From Nitrosopumilus sp. (GTDB lineage Archaea; Thermoproteota; Nitrososphaeria; Nitrososphaerales; Nitrosopumilaceae): a stretch of 64,000 bases of DNA. Under the pieces are notes generated by a model. The model saw only the letters and a list, made by a program, of their open reading frames with translations. It was not told the DNA's origin and ran no database searches. The DNA is taken from positions 896,001-960,000 of the forward strand of contig OZ245003.1 of the NCBI GenBank assembly GCA_965223425.1. Reading direction: 5' to 3'. Position 1 is the stretch's first letter. Every line of letters starts with the position of its first letter. Made by a program: the position numbers and the translations under genes. Below, one piece after another: positions 36,289 through 47,231 of this stretch.

Positions 36289-37206
36289 CTAATCGGATTT
36301 TTCCATCTTTCCTGCTAGCAATACAGGTACTTCTGCAGGTCTTTTTGCTACTGGAATGTTGGCTTTGTTAAACATGGATACCTTGGATTCAGCAGAACCG
36401 TAGGTTCCCATAACGATTGCTCCTGCATGCCCCATTTTTTTTTCTTTGGGGGCTGCTCTTCCTGCAATGTATGCTACAGTTGGTTTGTTAAAACCGCTAT
36501 CAATAATTCTCTGCGCTAAAATTTCTTCTGAATCTCCGCCAATCTCTCCTACAACCACCAACCCCTCTAAATCTGAAATGTCTTTTACCATTTCAAACGC
36601 GTCAATGAGTCTTGTTCCGTTGACAGGATCTCCACCAATACCTATTGTGATTAACTGTCCAAATCCTGAATTAGTTAACGCATCTGAAATCTCATAAAGC
36701 AGCGTTCCGCTTTTTGACAAGACTGCAATATTTCCTGCCTTGAAAGGCATTGGTGGCATAATTCCAACTTTGATTAGTTCTGGTATCATGATTCCGGGGG
36801 TGTTTGGCCCAATTACTATTGCCTCTTTTTGTTTTGCCAACCCCAGTATCTCCATGGTATCCCTAATTGGAACATGCTCTGGAATTGCAACTAGTAGTTT
36901 GATTCCCGCCTCTAGTGCATCTTTTGCGGCTCCAAGGAAGAATTTGGCCGGAACATAAATGATTGAAATTTTTGCACCAGTGGCATCTACTGCCTCTTGC
37001 ATGGTGTTGTAAATTGGAACTTTGCCGTCAAATTTCTGGCCTCCTTTGCCAGGTGTGACCCCTGCGATAACGTTGGTTCCATATGCTATCATGTTTCTTG
37101 CATGCAGCGAACCGTATGCCCCCGTAATTCCTTGAACGATCACACCTTTTTTCTCATAATCTGAATCCCCGGGTTTTCCTTTGAGCAGCTCAAAGATGTC
37201 AGTCAT
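36289..37206 (-). CDS. sucD: Succinyl-CoA synthetase alpha subunit
   Basis: VQGITG, GPNTPG, MGHAGA phospho-His motif. Confidence 0.95.
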   Translation of the reverse strand: MTDIFELLKGKPGDSDYEKKGVIVQGITGAYGSLHARNMIAYGTNVIAGVTPGKGGQKFDGKVPIYNTMQEAVDATGAKISIIYVPAKFFLGAAKDALEAGIKLLVAIPEHVPIRDTMEILGLAKQKEAIVIGPNTPGIMIPELIKVGIMPPMPFKAGNIAVLSKSGTLLYEISDALTNSGFGQLITIGIGGDPVNGTRLIDAFEMVKDISDLEGLVVVGEIGGDSEEILAQRIIDSGFNKPTVAYIAGRAAPKEKKMGHAGAIVMGTYGSAESKVSMFNKANIPVAKRPAEVPVLLAGKMEKSD

Positions 37207-38308
37207 TTTTTATTCCCATCACTGCTGCGTTAATTGCCTCTTCAACTGAATCATAAATTTTGGTTCTAGAGCCCTGCAACATCTCTTGTGCTTTTTCTGA
37301 TTCTGCCCCCTTTAGTCTTGAAAACACTGGCAAATCAATTAGGTTGTTCTCATACGCCTTTAGAAATGCTTCAGCTACCACTGTTGTCTTTACGATTCCT
37401 CCGTAGAGATTTACTAGAATTCCCTTTACCTTGCCAATTTTACTAATCAAAGTCAACGCTTCATACACTGATTCTGTGGTTGCGCCACCGCCCACATCTA
37501 AGAAACATGCCGGCTTTCCACCATTGTCTGATAGCATGTCCAGTGTTGACATCACAAGCCCTGCACCGTTTCCGACAACTGCAATGTCTCCGTCTAGCTC
37601 CACTAACGAGAACCCGCTTTTTTCTGCCCTTTCTTCTATCTCTGATTTTTCTTGATACTTTTGTAATTCACCGTGTCTGAAATTACTATTGTCATCTGTG
37701 ACAAATTTTCCATCAAGTGCCACTATTGAATCGTCCTGCATTACTGCAAGTGGATTAATTTCTGCCATCTCTGCTTCTTTTTCAACAGTAAGCCTTGATA
37801 ATTTTTTCAAAGTATCAACTAAGCTGTCTGCTGTCTTTTCTTCTAACCCCATCTCTTTTGCAACTTCCCTTGCAACATCGTCTGAGACTTTTCCTAGTCC
37901 CACTTCTTTGATAATTTGATTTTTCACTGATTCGATTTCGACTCCGCCTTCAGCTGATGCAATAACTGTATAGCATCTTTTTGAGCGGTTCAGAAATAAT
38001 GACAAATACAACTCTTTTTTAATGTCTGCCATTTTCTCAAGTAAGATGGCTCTTGCCTTTTCCCCCTTGATTGTCAAATCCATGACTTGGGGATATTTCA
38101 GCTCAAATTCATCATCGTTTTGGCATGTTTGAATTCCTCCGGCCTTTCCTCTTCCGCCCACCGGAACCTGAATTTTAATCACAAATGGGTATCCTAGCTC
38201 TTTTGCGTGCTTTCTGCCTTCCTCTATGTTGGTGGATGCCTTGCTATCAAGTAAACTGATTCCATATTCCCGAAATAGCTCCTTTGCCTGAAATTCTAGT
38301 AAACGCAT
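37199..38308 (-). CDS. sucC: Succinyl-CoA synthetase beta subunit
   Basis: EFQAKELF, GGRGKAGG, NGAGLVM, FLDVGGG. Confidence 0.95.
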   Translation of the reverse strand: MRLLEFQAKELFREYGISLLDSKASTNIEEGRKHAKELGYPFVIKIQVPVGGRGKAGGIQTCQNDDEFELKYPQVMDLTIKGEKARAILLEKMADIKKELYLSLFLNRSKRCYTVIASAEGGVEIESVKNQIIKEVGLGKVSDDVAREVAKEMGLEEKTADSLVDTLKKLSRLTVEKEAEMAEINPLAVMQDDSIVALDGKFVTDDNSNFRHGELQKYQEKSEIEERAEKSGFSLVELDGDIAVVGNGAGLVMSTLDMLSDNGGKPACFLDVGGGATTESVYEALTLISKIGKVKGILVNLYGGIVKTTVVAEAFLKAYENNLIDLPVFSRLKGAESEKAQEMLQGSRTKIYDSVEEAINAAVMGIKND

Positions 38309-38348
38309 GCAAAAATCTTGAATTTTACGGTCTTTATTAATTATGATA

Positions 38349-38678
38349 TTACTTTAGCTGCTCCTCAAGAAAATCAATCATCTCCAAAAAGCGATCCTTG
38401 CTTTTTCTTAACAACTCTTGAGGATACTCTCCAATAGTAAACACTGATTGTTGATGAAAGCTTGGAACCAAGACTCCTCCTGATGTAACCATTTGTTCAA
38501 TCACATATCCCTTGGTAATGGTGCATACAATTTCTTCATACGACTTGTCATTTTCTTCTAAGGTCTGTCTGTACAAAACAATGGGTCTGTTTGTTTTCTC
38601 AACAATGTTTGAGCCTTTTTCTAACAGATCTGATAGATGCTGGATTTGCCAAGCATCCAAACTAATCTGTTTTACCAT
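38349..38678 (-). CDS. Hypothetical protein
   Basis: 109-aa ORF in core context. Confidence 0.65.
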   Translation of the reverse strand: MVKQISLDAWQIQHLSDLLEKGSNIVEKTNRPIVLYRQTLEENDKSYEEIVCTITKGYVIEQMVTSGGVLVPSFHQQSVFTIGEYPQELLRKSKDRFLEMIDFLEEQLK

Positions 38679-38792
38679 ATTCTTAATACATGATTTTTCT
38701 ATTTAACCGTGATAAAACAACGCATATTCACTCTTTGTCGTCAATAAAGTAACACTAGCCATGAATTGAAAATAAAGAAAGTGATTTGGCGT

Positions 38793-39377
38793 TTATGCCA
38801 TATCAAGCGCTCTAGAATGTTTTCTAGTATGCGGTCTTTCTCCGGCATACTTTCTTCTCATGTGTCCTGATGGTCGTCCATAGATTAACTCTAAGAACCA
38901 AGACTCGTGTTCGATCTCTTCGGCCAGAATATCTTTTGCAATATCGTATGTTGCAGGATCTTTGCCTGATGTCATTTTGCAAATTTTATCCCAGTTTACA
39001 ATTGCACCTTGCTCTGCCTTGAGACATTTTTCTAGAATTGCCTTGTGATCTGTTGGATTTGCTGGAAGTTGTAGGAACTCGCAACCAGAAATTTTGATAA
39101 ATTCTGTTGCGTCGTTTGGAAGGGCTCCGCCCAGCTGGTAGATTCTTTCAATACATGATTCAAAGTGGCTAAGATCCTCTAATCTTGCATCCTCGATAAT
39201 TCCTTTGAGTCCCTCACCTTCCATGCCTGTACAATGTGCTCTAAGATTGGTGAAATAGTAATATGCTGTAAATTCAACTGCAGCATTTTTGATTAGCTCT
39301 TTTACTAGCTCATCAACATCCAAGCCATTTTGTTTGAGGATATTAATTCCAACAACGTTTGGGTTTGAGTCAGACAT
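38793..39377 (-). CDS. DPS-like (DPSL) ferritin-family protein
   Basis: EFTAYYY, EDLSHF, EEIEHESWF, PSGH. Confidence 0.9.
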   Translation of the reverse strand: MSDSNPNVVGINILKQNGLDVDELVKELIKNAAVEFTAYYYFTNLRAHCTGMEGEGLKGIIEDARLEDLSHFESCIERIYQLGGALPNDATEFIKISGCEFLQLPANPTDHKAILEKCLKAEQGAIVNWDKICKMTSGKDPATYDIAKDILAEEIEHESWFLELIYGRPSGHMRRKYAGERPHTRKHSRALDMA

Positions 39378-39430
39378 TTCTTTGTACAATTATTGATTGC
39401 AATAAAAATATTACATTGGATTCCAACAAG

Positions 39431-42400
39431 CTATTCTACAGATATTCTGATTTTCTGACCGTCAATATCCTCGTCTTTGCATTCCTTACGGGATTCTGTA
39501 AAATTCACTTGCTTTACTCTGACTAAAAATGCCAGTTCTTCTGCTTTGTCTTTTAACATTTCAAGCGATTCCTCATCTAAATCTAGAATTGACGCAACGC
39601 CTAGTACATCAGTTGGGCTAAACCCCCTCTCTTTTCTAAGCGTTTGAATCCTTCTTGCAACGTCTTTTACCAATCCTTTTGCCATCATCTCTCTGTCTCG
39701 CGCAGTTGAAATAAACACAATGTAGTTGTCTCTTTTTGATACTGCAAAGTTTTCATCTGCATCAAAATCTACTACAAAGTCCTCGCTGTCCAATGAAATG
39801 GTTTCCCCGCCAACATCAAAATCATATTTTCCATCTTTTTGTAACGATGAAATAATTTCTTCAGGATTCGTTTCAGAAAACATTGCGACTAGTTTTCCCA
39901 CGTGCTGCTTTGCTTTTGGCCCTATTCTTTTTCTTTCTAACTCCATCACAGCTTTGACAGGCAATCCTAATTGTTTTAATTCCAAGATTTGTTCCAGTCC
40001 CGACTCTTTTTCTGTTTCGACAATGCTGAACTTTTCTACGTTCAGCTGGCTTTGTAACAAGTCAGACAATGACTCTAGTTTATTTTTCTGATCTTTTCTT
40101 ACGCAAATTTGTGCTTCATTTAACGGCCATCTTCTCTTTAGTTTTACTTTCGTTCTTGCAGCAGATGATACAGACACCACATCTTTCATGATGTCAAATG
40201 ACTCTTCAATCTCTTTGTTTACAAGTGATTCCTGATATTGAGGCCACTTGTCAAGCAGAATGCTTTGTTTTTCATCAAAGACTGTTTGATAGAGGTATTC
40301 ACTTGAAAATGGACAAAATGGATGAATCAGAATGTCTAGAGTTTTGAGTACCTTGCTTAGTACTGCGTAAATTGACAGTCTCCTGCTTTTCTTCTCTTCG
40401 TCCTCGTCCCACAATTCTTCTTTTGTAATTGGGATGTACACTTTGCTTAGATTATTTATGATAAAATCATCGACTGCTTTGGCACTTTCATGGAATCTGC
40501 AGGTTTGATTTTTTTCTGTAATTTTTTGGACCAGTTTTTCAAGTTTTGATAAGAGCCAGATGTCTGGGGATGTCAGCAGATTCTCTTGTTTTGCCCATTT
40601 AATGGTGGTCTTTGACTGCTCAAAGTTGTCATATTCGCTATTTTGCTTAAAGTAGAGATGTATGTTGAATAACGTGTTAATTACCTGATATGGCCTTGAC
40701 ATTAGCTCATCTGTACTGAAACTTAGCGGCTCAATCGGGCTTGCCTTCCACATGAAATAAAACCGTACGAGATCTGCTGGGTATTTTTGCAGCAAATCTG
40801 CCCCCTCCAAAACGTTTCCTTTGCTTTTGCTCATTTTGCCCCCTTTTTCATCAAGAACATGCCCTTGAAACAAAAATGCACTGTAAGGTGGGGCTGGCCC
40901 ATTGTTTAGGATTACATTTTCAACAAGTAGAGTGTATGCCCAGCCCCGGGTCTGATCAATCCCTTCGGTAAAAAATGGTGCAGGAATTTCTTTTGAATAT
41001 TCCTCATCTGTCAATGATGCATATGGTGCAGAACCACTGTTGTGCCATGTGTCTAAAACGTATTCTTCTCTTTTGGTTTTAGTACTGTTACATTTTTTGC
41101 ATTTTATCGCAATGTTGTCAATCCATGGTCTGTGTAATTCAAAATCTGGGCCATCTGGCAGATCATCTGCCGCATCAACTATCTCTTTTCTTGAAAAGAG
41201 CCAATTTTTTTCGCCACAGTCCTTACAGCCCCACACAGGTAATGGACATCCCCAAACCCTTTCTCGTGAGATGCACCAAGGATGCCTCTCTTTGACTATC
41301 CCTAGGAATCTGTTTTTTGGCTGTTCAAAAAAGTACTCTACACTTTCTGCAGCATCAACTGCTTTGCTGTCCAGTCGATCCAGCTTGTAAAACCAGCCTT
41401 TTCTGGCAAGCCAAACAATGGGATGGTGTGATCTCCAACACAGTGGATACTTGTGTCTTATTTTCCCAATTCTTACAAGGGCGTTGCACTCTTTTAGATC
41501 TTCAACAATAGTTTTGTCTGCATCTCTGACAAACATTCCTGAATATTTGCCTGCTTGAGAAGTAAATTTTACTTCATCATCAATGGGGCTAAAAATTTTG
41601 ACATTTCTTTTGTTTGCTATTTTGATATCCTCTTCACCGTTTGCAGGAGACAAGTGAACCAGGCCACTACCGGTGCTGGCATCCACAAATGTTTCTGAAA
41701 CTGCTACATGATAATTATCCAATTTTGAATGCTCTTTTAATTCTGGAATTAAACCCAGCAACGGATGAATGTATTTTTTACCTTCAAATTCTGACCCTTT
41801 TGCAGTTTTTTCAATTTTATAGTCTTCAATTTTTACTTCTGCCATGAATTCTTCTAGTCTATTTTTTCCAACAACCCAAGTCTCGCTCTCTACTTTGACA
41901 TAAACATAGTCTTCTTCTGGTTGTAGGCCAACCATTGCATCTGTGACTAGAGTAAATGGCATTGTGGTCCACACAATCAGACATGCGTCTTCATCTACTA
42001 GTTTTACTTTGTAAAATAATGAAGGATCTTTTACTTCCTCATACCCTTGATTTACTTCTGCATGACTTAATGATGTCTGGCAGCTTGGACAATATGCAAT
42101 TACTGTAAAGTCTTCTTCTAAAATCCCATTCTCATGTGCTTTTTTTAGAATCTGCCACTCTCTTTCAATAAATTCATCTCTAAATGTCCAATATGCTTTC
42201 TCATGATTAAATGACATGCCAAGTAATTCATCAACTTCCACCCATGTTTTGTTGTATTTTTCTACAACTTTTTTGCATTCGGCAACAATTCTCTCAATCC
42301 CAAATTGCTTTATGGCTTCAGTCTTTCCTCCTGTGACTCCCAATTCTTTTTCCACCTGTAACTCCACTGGAAGACCCTGTGTGTCCCACCCTCCATTGAA

Positions 42401-42631
42401 TTTAATTTTTTTTCCTTGTAATGTATTGAATCGGTACCACAAGTCTTTGATGACCCTGCCTCTTAGATGTCCTGCATGTGGGATTCCATTCATTGTTGGG
42501 GGACCTTCGATGAATCTTATCTTTTCAGGCTTGTCTGATGCAAAAATCTGTTTTTCTAAATCTATTGATTTGATGTATTCTTTTACTTGAGATTCTATTG
42601 CTTTTGCATCAAACTTTGTAGAAAACTCCAT
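39431..42631 (-). CDS. ileS: Isoleucyl-tRNA synthetase
   Basis: EGPPTMNG-PHAGH, WTTMPFTL, EGIDQTRGW, KMSKS. Confidence 0.97.
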   Translation of the reverse strand: MEFSTKFDAKAIESQVKEYIKSIDLEKQIFASDKPEKIRFIEGPPTMNGIPHAGHLRGRVIKDLWYRFNTLQGKKIKFNGGWDTQGLPVELQVEKELGVTGGKTEAIKQFGIERIVAECKKVVEKYNKTWVEVDELLGMSFNHEKAYWTFRDEFIEREWQILKKAHENGILEEDFTVIAYCPSCQTSLSHAEVNQGYEEVKDPSLFYKVKLVDEDACLIVWTTMPFTLVTDAMVGLQPEEDYVYVKVESETWVVGKNRLEEFMAEVKIEDYKIEKTAKGSEFEGKKYIHPLLGLIPELKEHSKLDNYHVAVSETFVDASTGSGLVHLSPANGEEDIKIANKRNVKIFSPIDDEVKFTSQAGKYSGMFVRDADKTIVEDLKECNALVRIGKIRHKYPLCWRSHHPIVWLARKGWFYKLDRLDSKAVDAAESVEYFFEQPKNRFLGIVKERHPWCISRERVWGCPLPVWGCKDCGEKNWLFSRKEIVDAADDLPDGPDFELHRPWIDNIAIKCKKCNSTKTKREEYVLDTWHNSGSAPYASLTDEEYSKEIPAPFFTEGIDQTRGWAYTLLVENVILNNGPAPPYSAFLFQGHVLDEKGGKMSKSKGNVLEGADLLQKYPADLVRFYFMWKASPIEPLSFSTDELMSRPYQVINTLFNIHLYFKQNSEYDNFEQSKTTIKWAKQENLLTSPDIWLLSKLEKLVQKITEKNQTCRFHESAKAVDDFIINNLSKVYIPITKEELWDEDEEKKSRRLSIYAVLSKVLKTLDILIHPFCPFSSEYLYQTVFDEKQSILLDKWPQYQESLVNKEIEESFDIMKDVVSVSSAARTKVKLKRRWPLNEAQICVRKDQKNKLESLSDLLQSQLNVEKFSIVETEKESGLEQILELKQLGLPVKAVMELERKRIGPKAKQHVGKLVAMFSETNPEEIISSLQKDGKYDFDVGGETISLDSEDFVVDFDADENFAVSKRDNYIVFISTARDREMMAKGLVKDVARRIQTLRKERGFSPTDVLGVASILDLDEESLEMLKDKAEELAFLVRVKQVNFTESRKECKDEDIDGQKIRISVE

Positions 42632-42710
42632 CTGAATTTTGATATGTATGTGTGGCATTATAAAGCTAAATTGATCTTGGATTATATAATTGAGAAAAAG
42701 ATAATTTTTG

Positions 42711-43140
42711 TTGGCAAATGTTCTGGCAATAGGTTCTAGTAGGCAAGAACATGCATTGTCATGGAAATTGGCTCAAAGTTCTAAAATTGATACTGTCTTT
42801 ACTGTTCCTGGAAATGGCGATCATCTGTGACTTTACAATCTTGAAAAATTCAGTCTGCAGTATGTGTTGTTTTGGCACCTGAAGGATATCCAGAATCATA
42901 TCCAAACAATGAAGAAATCTCTGATTTTGATTCTGTTTCAAATGAATCCTGTGTTTTTCATGCTGGAACAAAAAAAAAATCAGATGGAAAAACTCCCTCA
43001 ATAACAGACAAGTTTTAGGAGTTGCAGCATTAGGCAATTCTTTGGAACCTGCAACTGCAGACGCATATGCTGCATTTGAGAAAACCCCATGGCCCCGCAA
43101 ATATTATGGAAAGGATATTGGCAAAAAGGCCTTTCCTACC
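42711..43140 (+). pseudogene. purD: Phosphoribosylamine-glycine ligase remnant with large internal deletion
   Basis: N-terminus NVLAIGSSRQEHALSWKLAQS...PGNG joined to C-terminus AVCVVLAPEGYP...VFHAGT...; the ATP-grasp core is missing. Confidence 0.85.
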
Positions 43141-43699
43141 TTTGAGTTTTTAAAATTCTGTCTTCGGTTGCAATCCAATCAATGGTAATATCATGTTCTG
43201 ATTTTGGAATGTTTTTTACAATCTGTTTTTCCAGAGTCAAAGATATTGTCAAACTTTTGTGTTCTGCAAGAAACTTGTCATAAAACCCATGACCATATCC
43301 TAATCTAGTCCCGACAGGAGATATCCCTACCGTTGGAATCAAAATCACATCTAGATTATTGTCTGTCTCACAGTTGTCTTTGGGCTCCATTATGTCAAAA
43401 CTACCTTTTTCTAGGCTTGAAAAATCAATGATTTTTCTAAACTCCATTCTTTCCCCTATCACTTTGGGCAAAAACACATCTTTTCCATTACTTAGTAACT
43501 CTTGGATGATATTTTGTGTCAAAATTTCACTTCCGATTGGAAAATACGCTCCAATCTTCTGAGCGTTTATGAACCCATCAATTTTTTTTATTTTTTTTTG
43601 TATCTTTTCACTTGCAATACTCAAAAAATCAGCAGATGTGTTGTCTCTTTTTTCTAAAAGAAGATTTCGAAGTGGTTTTTTTTCAGGACTGTCTTCCAA
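43136..43699 (-). CDS. 5-formyltetrahydrofolate cyclo-ligase
   Basis: RLGYGHGFYD motif. Confidence 0.92.
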   Translation of the reverse strand: MEDSPEKKPLRNLLLEKRDNTSADFLSIASEKIQKKIKKIDGFINAQKIGAYFPIGSEILTQNIIQELLSNGKDVFLPKVIGERMEFRKIIDFSSLEKGSFDIMEPKDNCETDNNLDVILIPTVGISPVGTRLGYGHGFYDKFLAEHKSLTISLTLEKQIVKNIPKSEHDITIDWIATEDRILKTQR

Positions 43700-44552
43700 T
43701 TTGACTACTCAAAGATGCTGCAATAATTGTATTTTTTAATAGCATGGCAACTGTCATGGGTCCGACCCCTCCTGGAACCGGTGTTGCAAAAGATGCTTTT
43801 TGGATAATTTGCTCATAGTCTGAATCTCCCACCAGTTTTTCTTGGAGCCTTGAAATTGCAACATCGATCACGATTGCACCTTCTTTAATCATCTCCGGCG
43901 TTAGAGTGAACCTGCTTCTGTCTCCTACAGCCGTAATTATGACATCTGCGGCTTGGCAAAGTTCTGCCAAGTTTCTAGTTTTTGAGTGACACGTCATTAC
44001 AGTTGCATTTTTTTCTAATAGCAAATGATAAAGTGGTTTTCCAACAAGATTGCTTCTATTAATTATCACGGCCGTTTTTCCATTCAAATCAATTCCGTGA
44101 TAATCAAACATCTCCATAACTCCTAACGGAGTACATGCAACCAGTGCTGCTTTTTTCATTGCAAGTAATCCTGCATTATGTGGCGTTAGTCCGTCCACAT
44201 CTTTTAGTGGTGATATTCTTGATGTCGTAGTAAATTCGTCTAATTGTCCGGGCAAAGGTAATTGAACTAGGATCCCATGAACGGAATTATCATTATTCAA
44301 ATTTTCAATAATTTCATCGAGTTGTGTCTGTGAAACGCCTGCACCAAGTTTATGATCTTTGGTAATGATTTCCACCTCCTCACATGCCTTGTGCTTGTTT
44401 TTAACATATGTGGCAGATGCTGGATTGTCTCCCACTAGAACTGTGGCAAGACATGGGTTGATCCCCTGGGATTTCATTTCTTTTACTGCCTTCCTTATTC
44501 TGTCTTTTACTGACTGGGCAATGACAATGCCGTCAATTTTAGTGCCAACCAT
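43683..44552 (-). CDS. folD: Methylenetetrahydrofolate dehydrogenase/cyclohydrolase
   Basis: YVKNK, KDVDG, TPVPGGVGPMT. Confidence 0.95.
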   Translation of the reverse strand: MVGTKIDGIVIAQSVKDRIRKAVKEMKSQGINPCLATVLVGDNPASATYVKNKHKACEEVEIITKDHKLGAGVSQTQLDEIIENLNNDNSVHGILVQLPLPGQLDEFTTTSRISPLKDVDGLTPHNAGLLAMKKAALVACTPLGVMEMFDYHGIDLNGKTAVIINRSNLVGKPLYHLLLEKNATVMTCHSKTRNLAELCQAADVIITAVGDRSRFTLTPEMIKEGAIVIDVAISRLQEKLVGDSDYEQIIQKASFATPVPGGVGPMTVAMLLKNTIIAASLSSQIGRQS

Positions 44553-44643
44553 AATCTATTTCTGATTTGTAGATATTTAATTCTTGGAATTTCTTACGAG
44601 CATCTCAGAAAAGAAATTAAATGGTCGCTTTTCTAGTCATAAC

Positions 44644-44928
44644 ATGTTTGTAATGATGGCAGATGTTCAACTCAAAGAAGGTGCAGAAGATGAATTCAAA
44701 AGTTGGTTCTCTGAATCAAACAAAGTATTGTCCGCCTTCCCTGGCTTTGTATCTAGGCGATTTCTAAAATCTGCAGATGGAAGCTATAAGATAATTGTAG
44801 AACATGAAAGTAAAGAGACTTTTATCAAAATGCACCAGAGTCCCGAGCATGAAAAACTCCATCCAAAGGGGCATTCCTTTATGAGTGCGGATCCTGTAAG
44901 AAAAACATTCACCGTAGCTGCTGAGTAA
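44644..44928 (+). CDS. Antibiotic biosynthesis monooxygenase-family protein
   Basis: FPGFVSRR...SPEH ABM pattern. Confidence 0.75.
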   Translation: MFVMMADVQLKEGAEDEFKSWFSESNKVLSAFPGFVSRRFLKSADGSYKIIVEHESKETFIKMHQSPEHEKLHPKGHSFMSADPVRKTFTVAAE

Positions 44929-44929
44929 A

Positions 44930-45250
44930 TTGAAACTGGAATTTGATTTATCTGCATCTCTTGAAAAAATTAAGAAAAGTAACTCCTATTTTCACACCTT
45001 TATCAACAAGGACAGTCTAGCTGCAGGCGTATTGGTTCTTCAGCCCGGAGAAGAAGATACGCAGGCACCTCATGATAATGATGAAATGTATTATGTTATT
45101 TCAGGTAACGGATTTTTGAAAATTAAAGATAAGGATTACAAAATTTCAAAAGACAAGTTGTTTTTTGTTGCAAAAGACGTTGAACATTTCTTTCATGGGA
45201 ATACAAAGGAACTCAAAGTTTTGTATTTTTTTGGCGGAACTGATTCCTAA
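44930..45250 (+). CDS. Cupin domain protein
   Basis: PHDNDEMYYVISG...VEHFF. Confidence 0.85.
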   Translation: MKLEFDLSASLEKIKKSNSYFHTFINKDSLAAGVLVLQPGEEDTQAPHDNDEMYYVISGNGFLKIKDKDYKISKDKLFFVAKDVEHFFHGNTKELKVLYFFGGTDS

Positions 45251-45864
45251 CTAATAATTGCCCTTCTTCCAGAAACTCTGATTCTTTTTCTTGCAAACAA
45301 ATTGACTGCTTCGGGGTATATCCTGTGTTCTTCTCTTAGAATTCTTTTTGATAATGATTTTTCAGTATCGTTCTCTTTTACTTTGACTGCTGATTGGATT
45401 ATTATCGGCCCTGTATCCACTCCTGTGTCGACAAAATGTACTGTGCACCCTGAATATTTAGCACCATGTCGCAGTGCTTGCTTTTGTGACTCTAATCCTG
45501 GAAATGCTGGGAGCAACGCTGGGTGAATGTTGATAATTCTGTTCTTGTATTTTTTTACAAACTGTGGACTGATGACTCTCCTAAATCCTGCAAGGCATAC
45601 TAGGCCATTTCTTGGAGTAACCCCGTGTTTTGTTAAAACTGTAATTATTTTTTTGTCATATTCTGCTCTGCGCCCCTTGAAGTTTTCACTTTCAATAACC
45701 TCTGTGGTAATCCCTAGTCTTTCTGCAATCCTCAGACCCCCTGCGCCTGGCTTGTTTGAAATGACTACTGCTGGGCTGATTGGCACCCTTTTCTTCTTAA
45801 TTGACTTTAGAATGGATTCCATGTTGCTCCCGCGACCTGAGATCAGAATTCCTAGATTTAGCAA
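45247..45864 (-). CDS. purN: Phosphoribosylglycinamide formyltransferase
   Basis: SGRGSN, NIHPALLP, GCTVHFV, DTGPII. Confidence 0.95.
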   Translation of the reverse strand: MLNLGILISGRGSNMESILKSIKKKRVPISPAVVISNKPGAGGLRIAERLGITTEVIESENFKGRRAEYDKKIITVLTKHGVTPRNGLVCLAGFRRVISPQFVKKYKNRIINIHPALLPAFPGLESQKQALRHGAKYSGCTVHFVDTGVDTGPIIIQSAVKVKENDTEKSLSKRILREEHRIYPEAVNLFARKRIRVSGRRAIIS

Positions 45865-45907
45865 CTAGTCAATAGTAGATCAAACCTGCAATTTATATCA
45901 AATCTAA

Positions 45908-46903
45908 TTGTCTTCATTCTCATTGCCTAGACAAGTCAGGATGACAAAAAATGGAATCCTGTATGAAGTCAGTGGTAAACGCGTTTGCTTGGATCCAAAA
46001 AACACTGATGCTACGGGAGTCAATTTTGTCTCTCACGCACATTCTGATCATCTTCCAGCAAAGAATGGAGGTACAATACTGTCCTCACTTGAAACAAGCG
46101 AAATTGCTAATCTTCGTGGATTCAAAATGGAAAACCACGTTGAATCCCTTGATGATTTTTCTCTAATTGATAGCGGTCACATACTTGGAGCAAAGGGTTT
46201 GCTTTTTGATGATGCCTTCTACACTGGGGATATTTGCACCAGAAATCGCGGATTTCTTCAGGGAGCAAAAGTTCCAAAATGCAAAACCTTGATAACTGAA
46301 TGCACGTTTGGTCTTCCAGAATTTATCTTTCCCCCAATTGATGAAGTTCAAAGACAGGTAAATGAATTGATTTCTGAGCTTTATGGAAAAGGAGTTCCTA
46401 TAATTTTAATGGGATATCAATTAGGAAAAGCGCAGACTCTTACTCAGCTTTTTGGTCATTGGGCACCATTGTATTTTCATGACTCTGTAAAAGAGATGAA
46501 CTCGCTTCATCAAAAATTGGGGATTCCTCTCAATGATGGGATTGGTCATACTGAGGCTGAAAAAAATGGGTTGCTAGAAAAAAAACCCTGGATAATGGTC
46601 GCGCCGTTCATGTCTGCCAAAAATAAATTCATTCAGGACATGAAATCAAAATATGATGCAGTAACAATAGGGTTTAGCGGTTGGGCGCAATCTTCAAGAT
46701 TTCCTTTTGTACGGAGATCTGATTATTTATTTCCTATGAGTGATCACTGTGATTTTAACGAACTTGTAAATATGGTGACACAATCCGAAGCTGAGCAAGT
46801 TTACACCATACATGGTTTTGTTGACGAGTTTGCCGAATATTTGCAAAAAATAGGCATTAACGCACAACCGTTACTTGAAAACTCTTTAGATGATTACACC
46901 TAG
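45908..46903 (+). CDS. MBL-fold beta-CASP exonuclease
   Basis: SHAHSDH, GHILG, TGD, SDHCD. Confidence 0.88.
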   Translation: MSSFSLPRQVRMTKNGILYEVSGKRVCLDPKNTDATGVNFVSHAHSDHLPAKNGGTILSSLETSEIANLRGFKMENHVESLDDFSLIDSGHILGAKGLLFDDAFYTGDICTRNRGFLQGAKVPKCKTLITECTFGLPEFIFPPIDEVQRQVNELISELYGKGVPIILMGYQLGKAQTLTQLFGHWAPLYFHDSVKEMNSLHQKLGIPLNDGIGHTEAEKNGLLEKKPWIMVAPFMSAKNKFIQDMKSKYDAVTIGFSGWAQSSRFPFVRRSDYLFPMSDHCDFNELVNMVTQSEAEQVYTIHGFVDEFAEYLQKIGINAQPLLENSLDDYT

Positions 46904-47175
46904 TTTGTAAATTTACTACACTCACATTCTGCGACTAGACATGTTTCTGAATTTCTAATGTGATCATGTGAGAAATGCTTGCATTTTTCATTTTTACAAA
47001 TTCTTCTTTGTGCTTCTTTTTGCACAACTGCTTGTGCAATTGCATTTGCCTTGTCTTTACCATATCCTTTTTTATCGATATAGTAATGAACAATTCTGTT
47101 GTAAAGTAAATCTGGATTGAATTGTTTTTCTAACATGGCGTTTCTACATACTATTACGCAATTATTGTATTTCAA
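46900..47175 (-). CDS. Small Cys/His-rich hypothetical protein
   Basis: CKNEKCKH...CLVAECEC. Confidence 0.6.
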   Translation of the reverse strand: MKYNNCVIVCRNAMLEKQFNPDLLYNRIVHYYIDKKGYGKDKANAIAQAVVQKEAQRRICKNEKCKHFSHDHIRNSETCLVAECECSKFTN

Positions 47176-47231
47176 CTAGTCTTTTTTTTGGATAACCATT
47201 TGTTTAGTTTAGGTGTGAATTTTGGATATTT

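Noticed and set aside
42759-43100. 113-aa minus-strand ORF
   Set aside because: Antisense shadow of the purD remnant.
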